A DNA stretch of 64,000 bases, taken from contig CAYQDN010000004.1 in the NCBI GenBank assembly GCA_964416335.1, positions 518 to 64,517 of the forward strand, given 5' to 3'. Positions 1 through 9,559 of the stretch are shown here, piece after piece. The notes under the pieces are model-generated. The model was not told the origin of the DNA. It made no database searches and saw only the letters and a list, made by a program, of their open reading frames with translations. Source of the DNA: an uncultured Azospirillum sp. GTDB taxonomy: Bacteria; Pseudomonadota; Alphaproteobacteria; CACIAM-22H2. Each line of letters begins with the position of its first letter. Positions within the stretch are counted from its first letter, which is position 1. A program made the translations under genes and the position numbers.

Positions 1-495
1 GTGATCGCGCTGGCGCTGTGCGCCAATCCGCGCCTGATCGTCGCCGACGAGCCGACGACGGCGCTCGACGTGTCGATCCAGGCGCAGATCATCACGCTGA
101 TCAAGCGCCTGTGCCGCGAGCACGGGACCGCCGTGATGCTGGTCACGCACGACATGGGCGTGATCGCCGAGACGGCCGACCGCGTGGCCGTGATGTACGC
201 CGGGCGCATCGCCGAGATCGGCCCGGTGCGCGACGTGATCGGCCGCGCGCGCCATCCCTATACCGAAGGGCTGATGGGCTCGATCCCCAAGCTCGGCGGG
301 GCCGAGGCGCGCCTTGCGCAGATCGACGGCGCCATGCCGCGCCTTACCGAGATCCCGCAGGGCTGCGCGTTCAACCCGCGCTGCACGAAGGTTTTCGACC
401 GCTGCCGGGCCGAGCGGCCCGATCCCATCCCCGTCGGCGCCAGCAAGGTCGCGTGCTGGCTCTACGACGATGCGCGCAAGGCGGCCGCCGAATGA
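1..495 (+). CDS. Oligopeptide/dipeptide ABC transporter ATP-binding protein (DppD/OppD-like), 5' truncated by window edge
   Basis: ORF 1..495. LVTHDMGV H-loop. C-terminal oligopeptide-transporter ATPase extension (PYTEGLMGSIP, CAFNPRC motifs). Stop TGA 493-495 overlaps the ATG of the next ATPase (ATGA). Confidence 0.85.
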   Translation: MIALALCANPRLIVADEPTTALDVSIQAQIITLIKRLCREHGTAVMLVTHDMGVIAETADRVAVMYAGRIAEIGPVRDVIGRARHPYTEGLMGSIPKLGGAEARLAQIDGAMPRLTEIPQGCAFNPRCTKVFDRCRAERPDPIPVGASKVACWLYDDARKAAAE

Positions 496-1265
496 GCGCA
501 CCGCTGGTTGCCGCAAAGGGTCTCGCCCGGCATTTCGACGTGTCGAAGCCGCTGCTCAACCGGCTGATCGAAGGCCAGCCCACGCAGGTGCTGCGCGCGG
601 TCGACGGCATCGATTTCCAGATCCGCAAGGGCGAGACGCTGTCGCTGGTGGGCGAGTCCGGCTGCGGCAAGTCGACGGTGGCCCGCCTCGTCGTCGGGCT
701 CTACCGGCCGACGGCGGGCTCGATCGAGTTCGACGGCACCGACATGGCGAAGTTGGACTCGCGCGCCGAGATCGAGCGCGTGCGCAAGCGCTTCCAGATG
801 ATCTTCCAGGATCCCTACGCCTCGCTCAATCCGCGCTGGCGGGTGGGCAAGATCGTCGCCGAGCCCATCGTCGTGCACGGGCTGATGTCCGATCCGGCGC
901 AAATCGGCAGGCGCGTGGACGAGCTGCTGCGCCAGGTCGGCCTCGCGCCCGCCGACCGCGAGAAGTACCCGCACGAATTCTCCGGCGGGCAGCGCCAGCG
1001 CATCTCGATCGCGCGCGCCCTTTCCTCGAACCCCGAGTTCCTCGTCTGCGACGAGCCGACCTCGGCCCTCGACGTGTCGGTGCAGGCGCAGATCCTGAAC
1101 CTGATGAAGGACCTGCAGCGCGAGCTCGGGCTCACGTACCTGTTCATCAGCCACAATCTCGCGGTCGTCTATTACATCTCCGACCGCGTGGGCGTCATGT
1201 ATCTGGGCAATCTGGTCGAGGTCGGCGACTTGAAGGCGCTGTTCGCCCGCCCCCAGCGCGCCTAA
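492..1265 (+). CDS. Oligopeptide/dipeptide ABC transporter ATP-binding protein (DppF/OppF-like), ABC domain ending at an in-frame TAA
   Basis: ATG 492 overlaps the dppD stop. Walker A GESGCGKST, signature SGGQRQR, Walker B LVCDEPTSALD, H-loop FISHNL. In-frame TAA at 1263-1265 falls exactly where the conserved PQHPYT-type motif should continue. Confidence 0.75.
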   Translation: MSAPLVAAKGLARHFDVSKPLLNRLIEGQPTQVLRAVDGIDFQIRKGETLSLVGESGCGKSTVARLVVGLYRPTAGSIEFDGTDMAKLDSRAEIERVRKRFQMIFQDPYASLNPRWRVGKIVAEPIVVHGLMSDPAQIGRRVDELLRQVGLAPADREKYPHEFSGGQRQRISIARALSSNPEFLVCDEPTSALDVSVQAQILNLMKDLQRELGLTYLFISHNLAVVYYISDRVGVMYLGNLVEVGDLKALFARPQRA

Positions 1266-1271
1266 CCGCGC

Positions 1272-1508
1272 ATGCTGCTCGACGCCACCCCCGGTCTCGA
1301 AATGGCGGGCCGGCCGCGCACGCCGGTGGCGGGCGAAGTGCCCAACCCGATCGATCCGCCGTCGGGCTGCACGTTCCATCCGCGCTGCCCGTTCGCCGAC
1401 GAACGCTGCCGCACGCAGGTTCCCGCGGCACGGCCGGCACCGACCGGTGCCACGGTCGCCTGCCACGCGGTCGAGGAAGGGCGGCTGCCCGACCTCGCCG
1501 GCGTCTAG
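1272..1508 (+). CDS. C-terminal oligopeptide-ABC ATPase domain fragment, same frame as the upstream ATPase and separated from it by one TAA
   Basis: MLLDATPGL...CTFHPRCPFADERC is the typical C-terminal domain of DppF/OppF ATPases. Frame is identical to 492..1265. Confidence 0.5.
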   Translation: MLLDATPGLEMAGRPRTPVAGEVPNPIDPPSGCTFHPRCPFADERCRTQVPAARPAPTGATVACHAVEEGRLPDLAGV

Positions 1509-1509
1509 G

Positions 1510-3081
1510 TCATTTCGCCAGCCACACGTCCGTCAGGTCCTGCCCCAGCGAGTTGGACGGCGAGATGCGCCAGCCGCGCACGTCGGCGTTCAGCGCCACG
1601 ATGCGCTGCACCCACAGCAGCGGCACGCTGTAGGCCTCGCCCAACGCGCGCGTCTCGAACTGGCGCAGCAGGGCGCGGCGGGCGCCGGCATCCATCGTGC
1701 GCAGCTGGCGCTCGTAGAGCCCGTCCAGCGTGCGGTCGATGACGCGGCTGCCGTTGGTCGGCGACTTGTCGAAGCTCAGATACTTCACCAGCGCCAGCGA
1801 CGGGTCGTCGACATAGTCGTTGGTGAAATCGATGATCACGTCGAAATTGCCGCTGGTAAGGGCGGCCGACCATTGCGCGATCTCGAGCTGCCGGTGCTCG
1901 ACCGTCACGCCGATCTGGCGCCACTGGTCGACGAGATAGACGCCCGCCTCCGTATAAGGCGGCTGGTTGCGGTTGATCAGCGCGAAGCTGAGATTGCCCA
2001 CGCCCGCGTCCTGCAGCAGCTTGCGCGCCTCGGCGCGCGCGGCTGCGATGTCGCGCCCGTAGCCGGTCGAGGCCTGCAATTCGGCCTCGCTCGCGGCCGA
2101 CGGCGAACCGGGGCGGAAGATGCCGCCCACGCTCGCCAGCCGCGAGGTGCGGCGCAGGCCTTGCGAACCCGCCCAGCGGTCGACCGCCAGCGACAGCGCG
2201 CGGCGCACGCGCGGGTCGGAATAGGGCGCCTTCTCGGTGTTGAAGCTGACGAGGATGCTGACCATCTCGTCGGCCGTCTCGAAGCGCACCTTGTCGCCCA
2301 TCGTGGCGGTGAGGCGTTCGCGGTCGGCCGGCGTGAACCCGCGGAAATCGGCGTGGATGGCGCCGCCCTGCAGCGCGTTGGTGATCGCCGAGGCCTGCGC
2401 CATGAAGACCGCGCGGAAGCCGTCGAGATAGGGCCGGCCCTCGCGGAAATAGCCGTCGAAGCGCTGGCCCACCCAATGCGAGCCGCGCGCATGCTCGACG
2501 AAGCGGAAGGCGCCGGTGCCCAGGATGTTCTTGGCCGGGAAGTTGCCGTCCTCCTTCAGCTTCGCCGCCGAATAGATGCAGTTCCAGGGCGAGGCGAAGA
2601 AGCCCAGCATCGAGGCGTTGACGTCGCGCAGCCGGAAGACGACCGTGCGCGGATCCGGCGTTTCGATCGCCGCGATGTCGGCAAGCTCGCCCTTGCGTAC
2701 CGAGACCACGCCGGCCGGCGGGTTCATGATGCGCTCGTAGCTCGCCTTGACGTCTTCCGAGGTCATCGGGCTGCCGTCGTGGAACTTCACGTTCGGGCGC
2801 AGGCTGAAGGTGAAGGTCTTGCCGTCGGGGGCGACCGTCCAGCGCTCGGCGAGATCGCCGGCGACTTCCGGATACTTCGCGAGGTCGAACTTCAGCAGCG
2901 TCGAATAATGCGGGGCGACCGCGTGCAGCACGGCGAACGTCGTCGCGGCGTGGCAGTCGTAGGTGGGCGGCTCGAACGCGATCGAGAAGTTGAGCGTGCC
3001 GCCGCGCCTCGGCGTTTCCTGGGCGAATGCGGGGCCGGCGACGAGTGCCGCCGCAAGGGCGAGCGAAGCGAGGCGGTTCAT
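1510..3081 (-). CDS. ABC transporter substrate-binding protein, family 5 (peptide/opine/nickel type), with signal peptide
   Basis: Part of the 951-aa ORF. Real start MNRLASLALAAALVAGPAFAQE at 3081. Family-5 SBP architecture. Its ATG overlaps the stop of the upstream oxidoreductase (ATGA). Confidence 0.85.
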   Translation of the reverse strand: MNRLASLALAAALVAGPAFAQETPRRGGTLNFSIAFEPPTYDCHAATTFAVLHAVAPHYSTLLKFDLAKYPEVAGDLAERWTVAPDGKTFTFSLRPNVKFHDGSPMTSEDVKASYERIMNPPAGVVSVRKGELADIAAIETPDPRTVVFRLRDVNASMLGFFASPWNCIYSAAKLKEDGNFPAKNILGTGAFRFVEHARGSHWVGQRFDGYFREGRPYLDGFRAVFMAQASAITNALQGGAIHADFRGFTPADRERLTATMGDKVRFETADEMVSILVSFNTEKAPYSDPRVRRALSLAVDRWAGSQGLRRTSRLASVGGIFRPGSPSAASEAELQASTGYGRDIAAARAEARKLLQDAGVGNLSFALINRNQPPYTEAGVYLVDQWRQIGVTVEHRQLEIAQWSAALTSGNFDVIIDFTNDYVDDPSLALVKYLSFDKSPTNGSRVIDRTLDGLYERQLRTMDAGARRALLRQFETRALGEAYSVPLLWVQRIVALNADVRGWRISPSNSLGQDLTDVWLAK

Positions 3082-4532
3082 GGGGCTGGGTCTCCTCGTA
3101 GTTCCGGGGGAACGAAGAACGGCGTTGGGGCAAGCTCGCGGTCGTCGAGCCGGCGCAGGTCGGCCTCGTGGGCGTCGAGCGAGGCCGCGAACAGGTCCAC
3201 GACGATCGCCTGCGAAAGCCGTGCCGCCCCGACGCCCAGTGCCGGGATGTCGCCCGACAGCAGGCCGTGGGACAGCGTGGACGAAAAGTTGAACGCGTGC
3301 AAATCGGCGAGCCACGGGGCCGCCGCGGGCTCGCGCGCGACGAAGGCGAAGCGGATGTCGAGATAGGGGAACTGCGCGAGTTCGCCGTCGGCAAGCGCGG
3401 CCGGCGGAACGTAGCGGTCGTGCCAGCGCGCGATGTGGCGGGCAAGGTGTGCGATCTCCGGCCGCTCGGCGGGGTCGACGCCGAAGCCCGTGCACACGAT
3501 GGCGAAGTCGGCGGCATCGACGCGCGCGGGCAGCTGGATCGCGAGCCCCGCCCCGTCGCGCGTCACGCGCTGCCACGGCGCGGAAACATGCATCGAGAAG
3601 GCCGCATGCTTCGTGCAGCGCAGGACCGACTCGTGCGGCGGCGGCACCTGGCAGGCGAAGGCATGGCGCATCAGCCGCCAGCGCGCGGCGTCGGGCAGGA
3701 GGGCGAAGCCGCGCTGGAAACCGGAATAGCCCATCGCCTTGAACTTGTTGATCTGCGGCAGATGCGGCCGGCGGATATAGAGGCGCACGTCGGCGGCACC
3801 GGCTTCGAGCGCTGTCGCCGCATTGTCGAACGCCGAAGCGCCGCCGCCGAGGACCGCCACGCGCTTGCCGCGCAACGCGTCGAAATCGACCGGGTCGCTC
3901 GAATGGGCGATGACGGGCCCGAGTGAAGCCCGGTCGATGAAGGCGGGCCACTTGGCCGCACCGCGGCCGGTGGCGAGCACGACCTTGCGCGCATGGACGG
4001 GTGGGCGTCCCGCGATCTCGACGCGGAACAGCGTGCCGGCGGGGACGATCTTCGTCACGCGCGAATCGTTGACGACCGGCAGGTCGAGCGTGCGGCGCAG
4101 CCAGACCAGATAGTCGTGCCACATCGGTCGCGGGATCTTGTAGAGCGCGTTCCACGCCGCGATGCCGAACTGTGCTTCGTACCAGGCGCGGAAGGTGAGC
4201 GCGGGCACGCCCATGTCGGGGCTGGTCAGGTGCTTGGGGCTGCGCAGCGTTTCCATGCGCGCGAAGCCGATCCACGGGCCCTCGCGCTCGGCGGGGGCCT
4301 CGTCGAACAGGGCGATGTCGTGGATGCCTTCGCGCTTGAGCGCGTGGGCCAGCGTGATCCCGCACATGCCGGCACCCACGACGGCGACGTCGAGTGCGCG
4401 GCTACCGTCGGGGGCGGCGACGGGGGCCGTCCAGCGCGCGGGCGGATAGTTGAGCCGGCCGTTCTGGCGCGACACCTCGTGCGACAGTTCCTCGAGCCCC
4501 GGCGGATGCATCCCGTCCTGCATGGGCGGCAT
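3078..4532 (-). CDS. FAD/NAD(P)-binding oxidoreductase with two dinucleotide-binding motifs (flavin monooxygenase-like); start uncertain (4523/4532/4580)
   Basis: ORF 3078..4580. VAVVGAGMCGITLA (GxGxxG) and RVAVLGGGASAFD second Rossmann motif. Translationally coupled to the SBP. Confidence 0.7.
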   Translation of the reverse strand: MPPMQDGMHPPGLEELSHEVSRQNGRLNYPPARWTAPVAAPDGSRALDVAVVGAGMCGITLAHALKREGIHDIALFDEAPAEREGPWIGFARMETLRSPKHLTSPDMGVPALTFRAWYEAQFGIAAWNALYKIPRPMWHDYLVWLRRTLDLPVVNDSRVTKIVPAGTLFRVEIAGRPPVHARKVVLATGRGAAKWPAFIDRASLGPVIAHSSDPVDFDALRGKRVAVLGGGASAFDNAATALEAGAADVRLYIRRPHLPQINKFKAMGYSGFQRGFALLPDAARWRLMRHAFACQVPPPHESVLRCTKHAAFSMHVSAPWQRVTRDGAGLAIQLPARVDAADFAIVCTGFGVDPAERPEIAHLARHIARWHDRYVPPAALADGELAQFPYLDIRFAFVAREPAAAPWLADLHAFNFSSTLSHGLLSGDIPALGVGAARLSQAIVVDLFAASLDAHEADLRRLDDRELAPTPFFVPPELRGDPAP

Positions 4533-4604
4533 CCTAACATCGCGCTTGCGCGGGCACGCAATCGCATTGCACGTTTGCACCCGTTCCGCCGGAGAAGACC
4601 AGCC

Positions 4605-5210
4605 ATGCAGCCGACCGTCGAGTGCTTCTATTCACTATCCTCGCCCTGGGCCTATTTCGCGGGCCCGCAGATCCAGGACGTCATGCGCCGGCACAAAGCC
4701 AAGCTCGTCCTGCGTCCCTACGATTTCATGGTCGTCGTGCCGCAGACCGGCGGCATCCCGCTGCGCACGCGCCCACAGCCCCGGCAGGATTATCACGCGA
4801 TCGAGCTCGACCGCTGGCGCACGTATCTGGGCATGAAGCTCAATCTCAAGCCCAGATTCTATCCGACCGACAACAAGCCCGCCGGCCACATGGTGATCGC
4901 GGCACAAGGCGCCGGGCTCGACGCGCACCTGCTCTCGCACGCGATCCTGCGTGCCCTGTGGGCCGAGGAGCGCGACATCTCGCTGCCCGCGACGCGCAAG
5001 GCCATCGCCGACGAGAACGGCTTCGACGGGGCGGCGCTTGTGAAGGCGGAGGAGGCACCCGCCACCGTCGCCGCCTATGCCGCGAACACGAAGGATGCGA
5101 TCGAGCGCGGCGTGTTCGGCGCCCCGACCTATTTCTGGGAGGGCCGCATCTACTGGGGCCAGGACCGCATCCACTTCCTCGACCGCGATCTCGCCCTGGC
5201 TGCGAGATGA
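4605..5210 (+). CDS. 2-hydroxychromene-2-carboxylate isomerase / DsbA-like thioredoxin-fold protein
   Basis: ATG 4605 preceded by GGAGAAG RBS. FYSLSSPWAYFAGP N-terminus and C-terminal GAPTYFWEGRIYWGQDR are typical of HCCA isomerase-family DsbA-like proteins. Confidence 0.75.
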   Translation: MQPTVECFYSLSSPWAYFAGPQIQDVMRRHKAKLVLRPYDFMVVVPQTGGIPLRTRPQPRQDYHAIELDRWRTYLGMKLNLKPRFYPTDNKPAGHMVIAAQGAGLDAHLLSHAILRALWAEERDISLPATRKAIADENGFDGAALVKAEEAPATVAAYAANTKDAIERGVFGAPTYFWEGRIYWGQDRIHFLDRDLALAAR

Positions 5211-5932
5211 GCCTCTCCGGCCGCACCGCCTTCGTCGACGATGCCGATACGCCCATCGGGGCGGCCATCGTGCGCGCCCTCGACGCGCGCGGCGCGAAGG
5301 TCCACCGCCATGCCGCGAAGGCGGGCGACACCGGCGCGCATGTCTGCGACCTTGCCGACGAGGCCGCGTTGCTCGCGATGATGGCGCGGGTCGGGCCGGT
5401 CGACATCCTCGTCCACATCTCGTGCCCGCAGCACATCGCACCCGTCGAGGAATTCCCGTCGGCGACGTGGCGACGCATCCTCGACGTCGGCGTGACGTCC
5501 TCGTTCCTGATGAGCCGGGCCGTGCTGCCGCACATGCGCGCGAAAGGCTGGGGCCGCATCGTCAACATGAGCTCGGTGCAGGGCCTCGTCGCGTCGGTCG
5601 ACAAGTCGGCCTATGTCGCGGCCAAGCATGCGCTGGTCGGCTTCACCAAGGCGCTCGCACTGGAAACGGCCGGCAGCGGCGTCACCTGCAACGCCTTCTG
5701 CCCTGGCTGGACCGGGACCGACGGCACGAAGGCGCAGGCCAAGATTCTCGCCGACAAATTGGGCCTGACGCCCGAAGAGGGCTTGCGCAAGCTGCTGGAA
5801 GACAAGCAGCCCTCGAACGCGTGGGTCTCGGTCGACGCGCTGGGCGAACTCGTCGCGTTCCTGTGTTCGCCCGCCGCCGACCAGATCACGGGGCTGGCCC
5901 TGCCCGTCGACGGGGGCTGGGTCGCGCGCTAG
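5207..5932 (+). CDS. Short-chain dehydrogenase/reductase (SDR) family oxidoreductase
   Basis: ATGA overlap with the preceding stop. NMSS...YVAAKHALVGFTK (YxxxK) catalytic motif. Confidence 0.8.
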   Translation: MSLSGRTAFVDDADTPIGAAIVRALDARGAKVHRHAAKAGDTGAHVCDLADEAALLAMMARVGPVDILVHISCPQHIAPVEEFPSATWRRILDVGVTSSFLMSRAVLPHMRAKGWGRIVNMSSVQGLVASVDKSAYVAAKHALVGFTKALALETAGSGVTCNAFCPGWTGTDGTKAQAKILADKLGLTPEEGLRKLLEDKQPSNAWVSVDALGELVAFLCSPAADQITGLALPVDGGWVAR

Positions 5933-7137
5933 AGGTGCTTGGTCGGATAGCCCGCTTCGCCCAGATCGACGACCAGCCGCTCGCCCGCCGCGCGGTCGAC
6001 GACCTCGACCATCGTCTCGATCGTCACGCTCTTGGCCGACTTCTCGGTGAAGATGCGCTGGTGCTCGATCTCGACGATGTTGCCGCCCGAGCTGCCGATG
6101 CGCTGCGCAAGGTCGCCCAGTGCCCCCGGCTTGTCGGCGATGTCGATGGACAGGCGCAAGAGCCGCCCGTCGCGCGCCAGCCCGCGCACCAGCACGCTCG
6201 ACAGCACGCGCGTGTCGATGTTGCCGCCGCACAGCACGAGGCCGATCTTGCGGCCGCGGAAGCGGTCGGGATGGGCAAGCACGGCGGCAAGCCCGGCCGC
6301 ACCGGCCCCTTCGGCGACGGTCTTCTCGATCTCGATCAGCAGCACGATGGCGCGCTCGACCTCCAGCTCGTCGACGACCAGCACTTCGCGCACGTCGCGC
6401 TCGATCGTCGGCCAGCACAGCGTGCCGATGTCGGCGACGGCAATGCCCTCGGCGATGGTCGGCCCGCCGGTATGGATGTGCTTGCCCGCCTTGCGCTGGG
6501 CGGCCGCCGCGAAGGCCTCGACCTCGACGCCGTAGATGTCGATGCGCGGGTTGATGGCGCGTGCGGCGATCGTGCAGCCCGCGATCATGCCCCCGCCGCC
6601 GACCGGGATCACCAGCGCTTCGAGTTCCGGCACGTCGGCGAGCATCTCCTGTGCGAGCGTGCCTTGCCCCGCGATGATCGCCGGATCGTCGTAGGGATGG
6701 ACGAAGACGAGGCTTTCCTTGGCCGCGAGTGCGCGCGCGAAGGAAGCGGACTCGGCCAGCGTGTCGCCTTCGAGGATGACGCGCGCATTGTGGTCGCGCG
6801 TGCGCGCGACCTTGGAATTGGGCGTCGCCCGGGGCATCACGATGGTGGCGGCGATGCCCAGGCGGCTTGCGTGATACGCCACCGCCTGCGCGTGGTTGCC
6901 CGCCGACATCGCGATGACGCCGCGGGCACGCTCGCTCTCGGAAAGCTGGGCAAGCTTGTTGAGCGCACCGCGCTCCTTGAACGAGGCGACGTACTGGTGG
7001 TTCTCGAACTTGATCCAGACGTCGGCACCCGCGATCTGCGAGAGGGTGCCCGAGCGCAGCGTGGGCGTGCGCAGCACGCTGCCTTTGATGCGTGCGGCGG
7101 CTTCGTCGATGTCGCGTGCGGTGATCTGCATCGTCAT
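5929..7137 (-). CDS. ilvA: Threonine ammonia-lyase (threonine dehydratase), PLP enzyme with C-terminal ACT-like domain
   Basis: Embedded in the 854-aa ORF. Start MTMQITARD at 7137. PLP-lysine motif ASFKERGA. GGGGMIAG glycine loop. Confidence 0.85.
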   Translation of the reverse strand: MTMQITARDIDEAAARIKGSVLRTPTLRSGTLSQIAGADVWIKFENHQYVASFKERGALNKLAQLSESERARGVIAMSAGNHAQAVAYHASRLGIAATIVMPRATPNSKVARTRDHNARVILEGDTLAESASFARALAAKESLVFVHPYDDPAIIAGQGTLAQEMLADVPELEALVIPVGGGGMIAGCTIAARAINPRIDIYGVEVEAFAAAAQRKAGKHIHTGGPTIAEGIAVADIGTLCWPTIERDVREVLVVDELEVERAIVLLIEIEKTVAEGAGAAGLAAVLAHPDRFRGRKIGLVLCGGNIDTRVLSSVLVRGLARDGRLLRLSIDIADKPGALGDLAQRIGSSGGNIVEIEHQRIFTEKSAKSVTIETMVEVVDRAAGERLVVDLGEAGYPTKHL

Positions 7138-8561
7138 TTCCGCCCGTAGCTGTCTTCCAGCCGCACGATATCGTCCTCGCCCAGATAGCTGCCCGACTGC
7201 ACCTCGACGATGCGCAGGGGCTCGGTGCCGATATTCTCCAGCCGGTGCACGCAGCCGACGGGGATGTAGACCGACATGTTCTCGCGCAGCATCAGCACGT
7301 CCTCGTCGCGCGTGACGCGCGCGTTGCCGCTGACCACGACCCAGTGCTCGGCGCGCTGCGCATGTTTCTGCAGCGAGATCTTCGCACCCGGCTTCACCAT
7401 GATGTGCTTGACCTGGTGGCGGGGCCCGAGATCGACCGTCTGGTAGGTGCCCCACGGCCGGTAGACGACCGGGTGTGCGGTCGCTTCCGAGCGCCCGGCC
7501 GCCTTCAGCCGGTCGACGATCTGCTTCACGTCCTGCGCGCGGTCCTTGTCGGCGACCATGACGACGTCCTTGGTCGCGACGATGACGAGATTGTCGACGC
7601 CGACCGCGGCCAGCAGCCGGTCCTCGCTGCGCAGGTACGAGTTGGTCGTGTCGGCGACGATGACGTCGCCTTGCGTGACGTTGCCGGCGGCATCGCGCGT
7701 GCCGATCTCCCACAGCGCGTTCCACGCCCCCACGTCCGACCAGCCGAGGCGGGCCGGGACCACGGCCGACTTCTTCGTGCGCTCCATCACGGCATAGTCG
7801 ATCGACTTCGACGGCGCCTTGGCGAAGGCGTCCTTGTCGAGGCGGATGAAGTCGAGATCGCGCGTGGCGGCGGCGAGTGCGGCGGCGGCGGCCTCGACGA
7901 TCGCGGGCTCGAACGACGCGAGCTCGGAAAGGAACGTGCCGGCGGTGAAGAGGAACATGCCGGAGTTCCACGCCCAGTCGCCGGAAGCAAGATAGCCCTC
8001 GGCGGTCTTGAGGTCCGGCTTCTCGACGAAGCGGTCGACCGCGAAGGCGCCGGCGATGCCGGCGAGTGCCGCCCCGCGCCTGATGTAGCCGTAACCCGTC
8101 TCGGGTGCTTCGGGCGAAATGCCGAACGTGACGAGCCGGCCGGAAGCGACGGCCATGCACGCCGTCGCGACGGCGGCGGCGAAGGCGGCTTCGTCGCGCA
8201 CCACATGGTCGGACGGCAGCAGCATCATCGTCTCGTGCGCGTCGAGCAGCTTGGCCGCGGCGGCCGCGGCGGCGGCGGTGTTGCGGCCCACCGGCTCGAG
8301 CAGCATGGCGCGCGGCGCGATGCCGATCTCGCGCAACTGTTCGGCGATGATGAAGCGGTGCTCCTCGTTGCACACGACGATGGGTGCGCCGAACGGTGCG
8401 CTTGCCGCGCGCGCGGCGGTCTCCTGGATCATCGTGCGCGGGCCGGCGAGGGCGAGGAGCTGCTTTGGATAGAGCTCGCGCGACAGCGGCCACAGCCGCG
8501 TGCCGGCACCGCCGGAGAGGATAACGGGCACGACCGGCCCGGACGTCGTCACCATCGCCAT
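7134..8561 (-). CDS. manC: Mannose-1-phosphate guanylyltransferase / mannose-6-phosphate isomerase (bifunctional type II)
   Basis: ORF 7134..8561. ILSGGAGTRLWPLSR nucleotidyltransferase motif. C-terminal cupin (PMI) region. Stop overlaps the ilvA start (ATGA). Confidence 0.85.
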   Translation of the reverse strand: MAMVTTSGPVVPVILSGGAGTRLWPLSRELYPKQLLALAGPRTMIQETAARAASAPFGAPIVVCNEEHRFIIAEQLREIGIAPRAMLLEPVGRNTAAAAAAAAKLLDAHETMMLLPSDHVVRDEAAFAAAVATACMAVASGRLVTFGISPEAPETGYGYIRRGAALAGIAGAFAVDRFVEKPDLKTAEGYLASGDWAWNSGMFLFTAGTFLSELASFEPAIVEAAAAALAAATRDLDFIRLDKDAFAKAPSKSIDYAVMERTKKSAVVPARLGWSDVGAWNALWEIGTRDAAGNVTQGDVIVADTTNSYLRSEDRLLAAVGVDNLVIVATKDVVMVADKDRAQDVKQIVDRLKAAGRSEATAHPVVYRPWGTYQTVDLGPRHQVKHIMVKPGAKISLQKHAQRAEHWVVVSGNARVTRDEDVLMLRENMSVYIPVGCVHRLENIGTEPLRIVEVQSGSYLGEDDIVRLEDSYGRK

Positions 8562-8695
8562 TGCTCCTGCAACCTCAAGACTTTGCTATCCCATTCCGGT
8601 CCGCGATGCCAGTGCGGCCGGTTTTGACCTGGATCATGGCGACCGGCCCGCTTCGGGCCCACCATCGAACCATCCGATCCGAAAGGGAGAACGCC

Positions 8696-9559
8696 ATGGG
8701 TGCGGTTGAAATTCTCGACAAGCCGTCGGCATCGCTTGCCGGTGCGGGGTTCCGCGACGTGCTGGTCCAGTACGACGAGACACCGGGTGCTGAAGCCCGG
8801 CTCGCCTTCGCGGCACGCTTCGCGCGCGACAGCGGGGCGCATCTGGTGGCCCTGGTGGCGCAGGAGCCGCCGCGGCTGCCCAGTGCGGTGCGTGCGGAAG
8901 TGGGCGAGATCTTCTTCGACTCGTGGCGCAAGATGGCGGCCGACACGGCCAAGCGCCTGTCGACGCGCGTCGCCGCACTGGCACGCAGCGAAGGCTGCGC
9001 CATCGAATGCCGCGTCGTCGAGGGTTCGCCCGAAGCGCTGCTGCTCCTGCATTCGCGCTATGCCGACGTGACGGTCGTCGGGCAGGCGGACGACAACGAC
9101 GACCAGACGCGCACCATCGAAGCGCTGCTGTTCGGCTCGGGCCGGCCGATCCTGCTCGTACCCGCGGCGGGCACCTATGCAAGTGTCGGGCGCAACGTGC
9201 TGTGCGCGTGGAACGGCAGCCGCGAGGCGACGCGCGCCGTCGCGGATGCGCTGCCCATCCTGCGCACCGCGCGCCAGGTGACGGTGCTGAGTGCCGATCC
9301 CGCGGGCACGGCGCACCGCATCCCGGGTGCGGACATCGCACTTCATCTCGCACGCCACGGCGTCAAGGTCACGTCGAGCACCACCTACACCGGCGAGCTT
9401 GTCATCGGGGACGCGCTTCTCAACCGTGCGGCGGATCTCGGGGCCGACCTGCTGGTGATGGGCGGTTACGGCCACAGCCGCACGCGCGAGGCTTTCTTCG
9501 GCGGTGCCACGCGCCACGTTCTCGACCACATGACGTTGCCGGTGTTCATGTCGCATTAG
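8696..9559 (+). CDS. Universal stress protein family (tandem Usp domains)
   Basis: ATG 8696 with AAAGGGAGA RBS, inside ORF 8561..9559. Two Usp-like domains. C-terminal GHSRTREAFFGGATRHV motif. Confidence 0.75.
   Translation: MGAVEILDKPSASLAGAGFRDVLVQYDETPGAEARLAFAARFARDSGAHLVALVAQEPPRLPSAVRAEVGEIFFDSWRKMAADTAKRLSTRVAALARSEGCAIECRVVEGSPEALLLLHSRYADVTVVGQADDNDDQTRTIEALLFGSGRPILLVPAAGTYASVGRNVLCAWNGSREATRAVADALPILRTARQVTVLSADPAGTAHRIPGADIALHLARHGVKVTSSTTYTGELVIGDALLNRAADLGADLLVMGGYGHSRTREAFFGGATRHVLDHMTLPVFMSH

Noticed and set aside
1510-4365. Very long ORFs in the six-frame track (951 aa 1510..4365, 1652 aa 13016..17974, 1370 aa 20090..24202, 1243 aa 20127..23858, 892 aa 9556..12234, 854 aa 5929..8493 and others)
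   Set aside because: They are artefacts of the high GC content (few stop codons). Each contains one or two recognisable genes in part of its length; the remainder is Arg/Ala/Pro-rich translation of other genes' antisense or shifted frames. Only the homologous segments were annotated.
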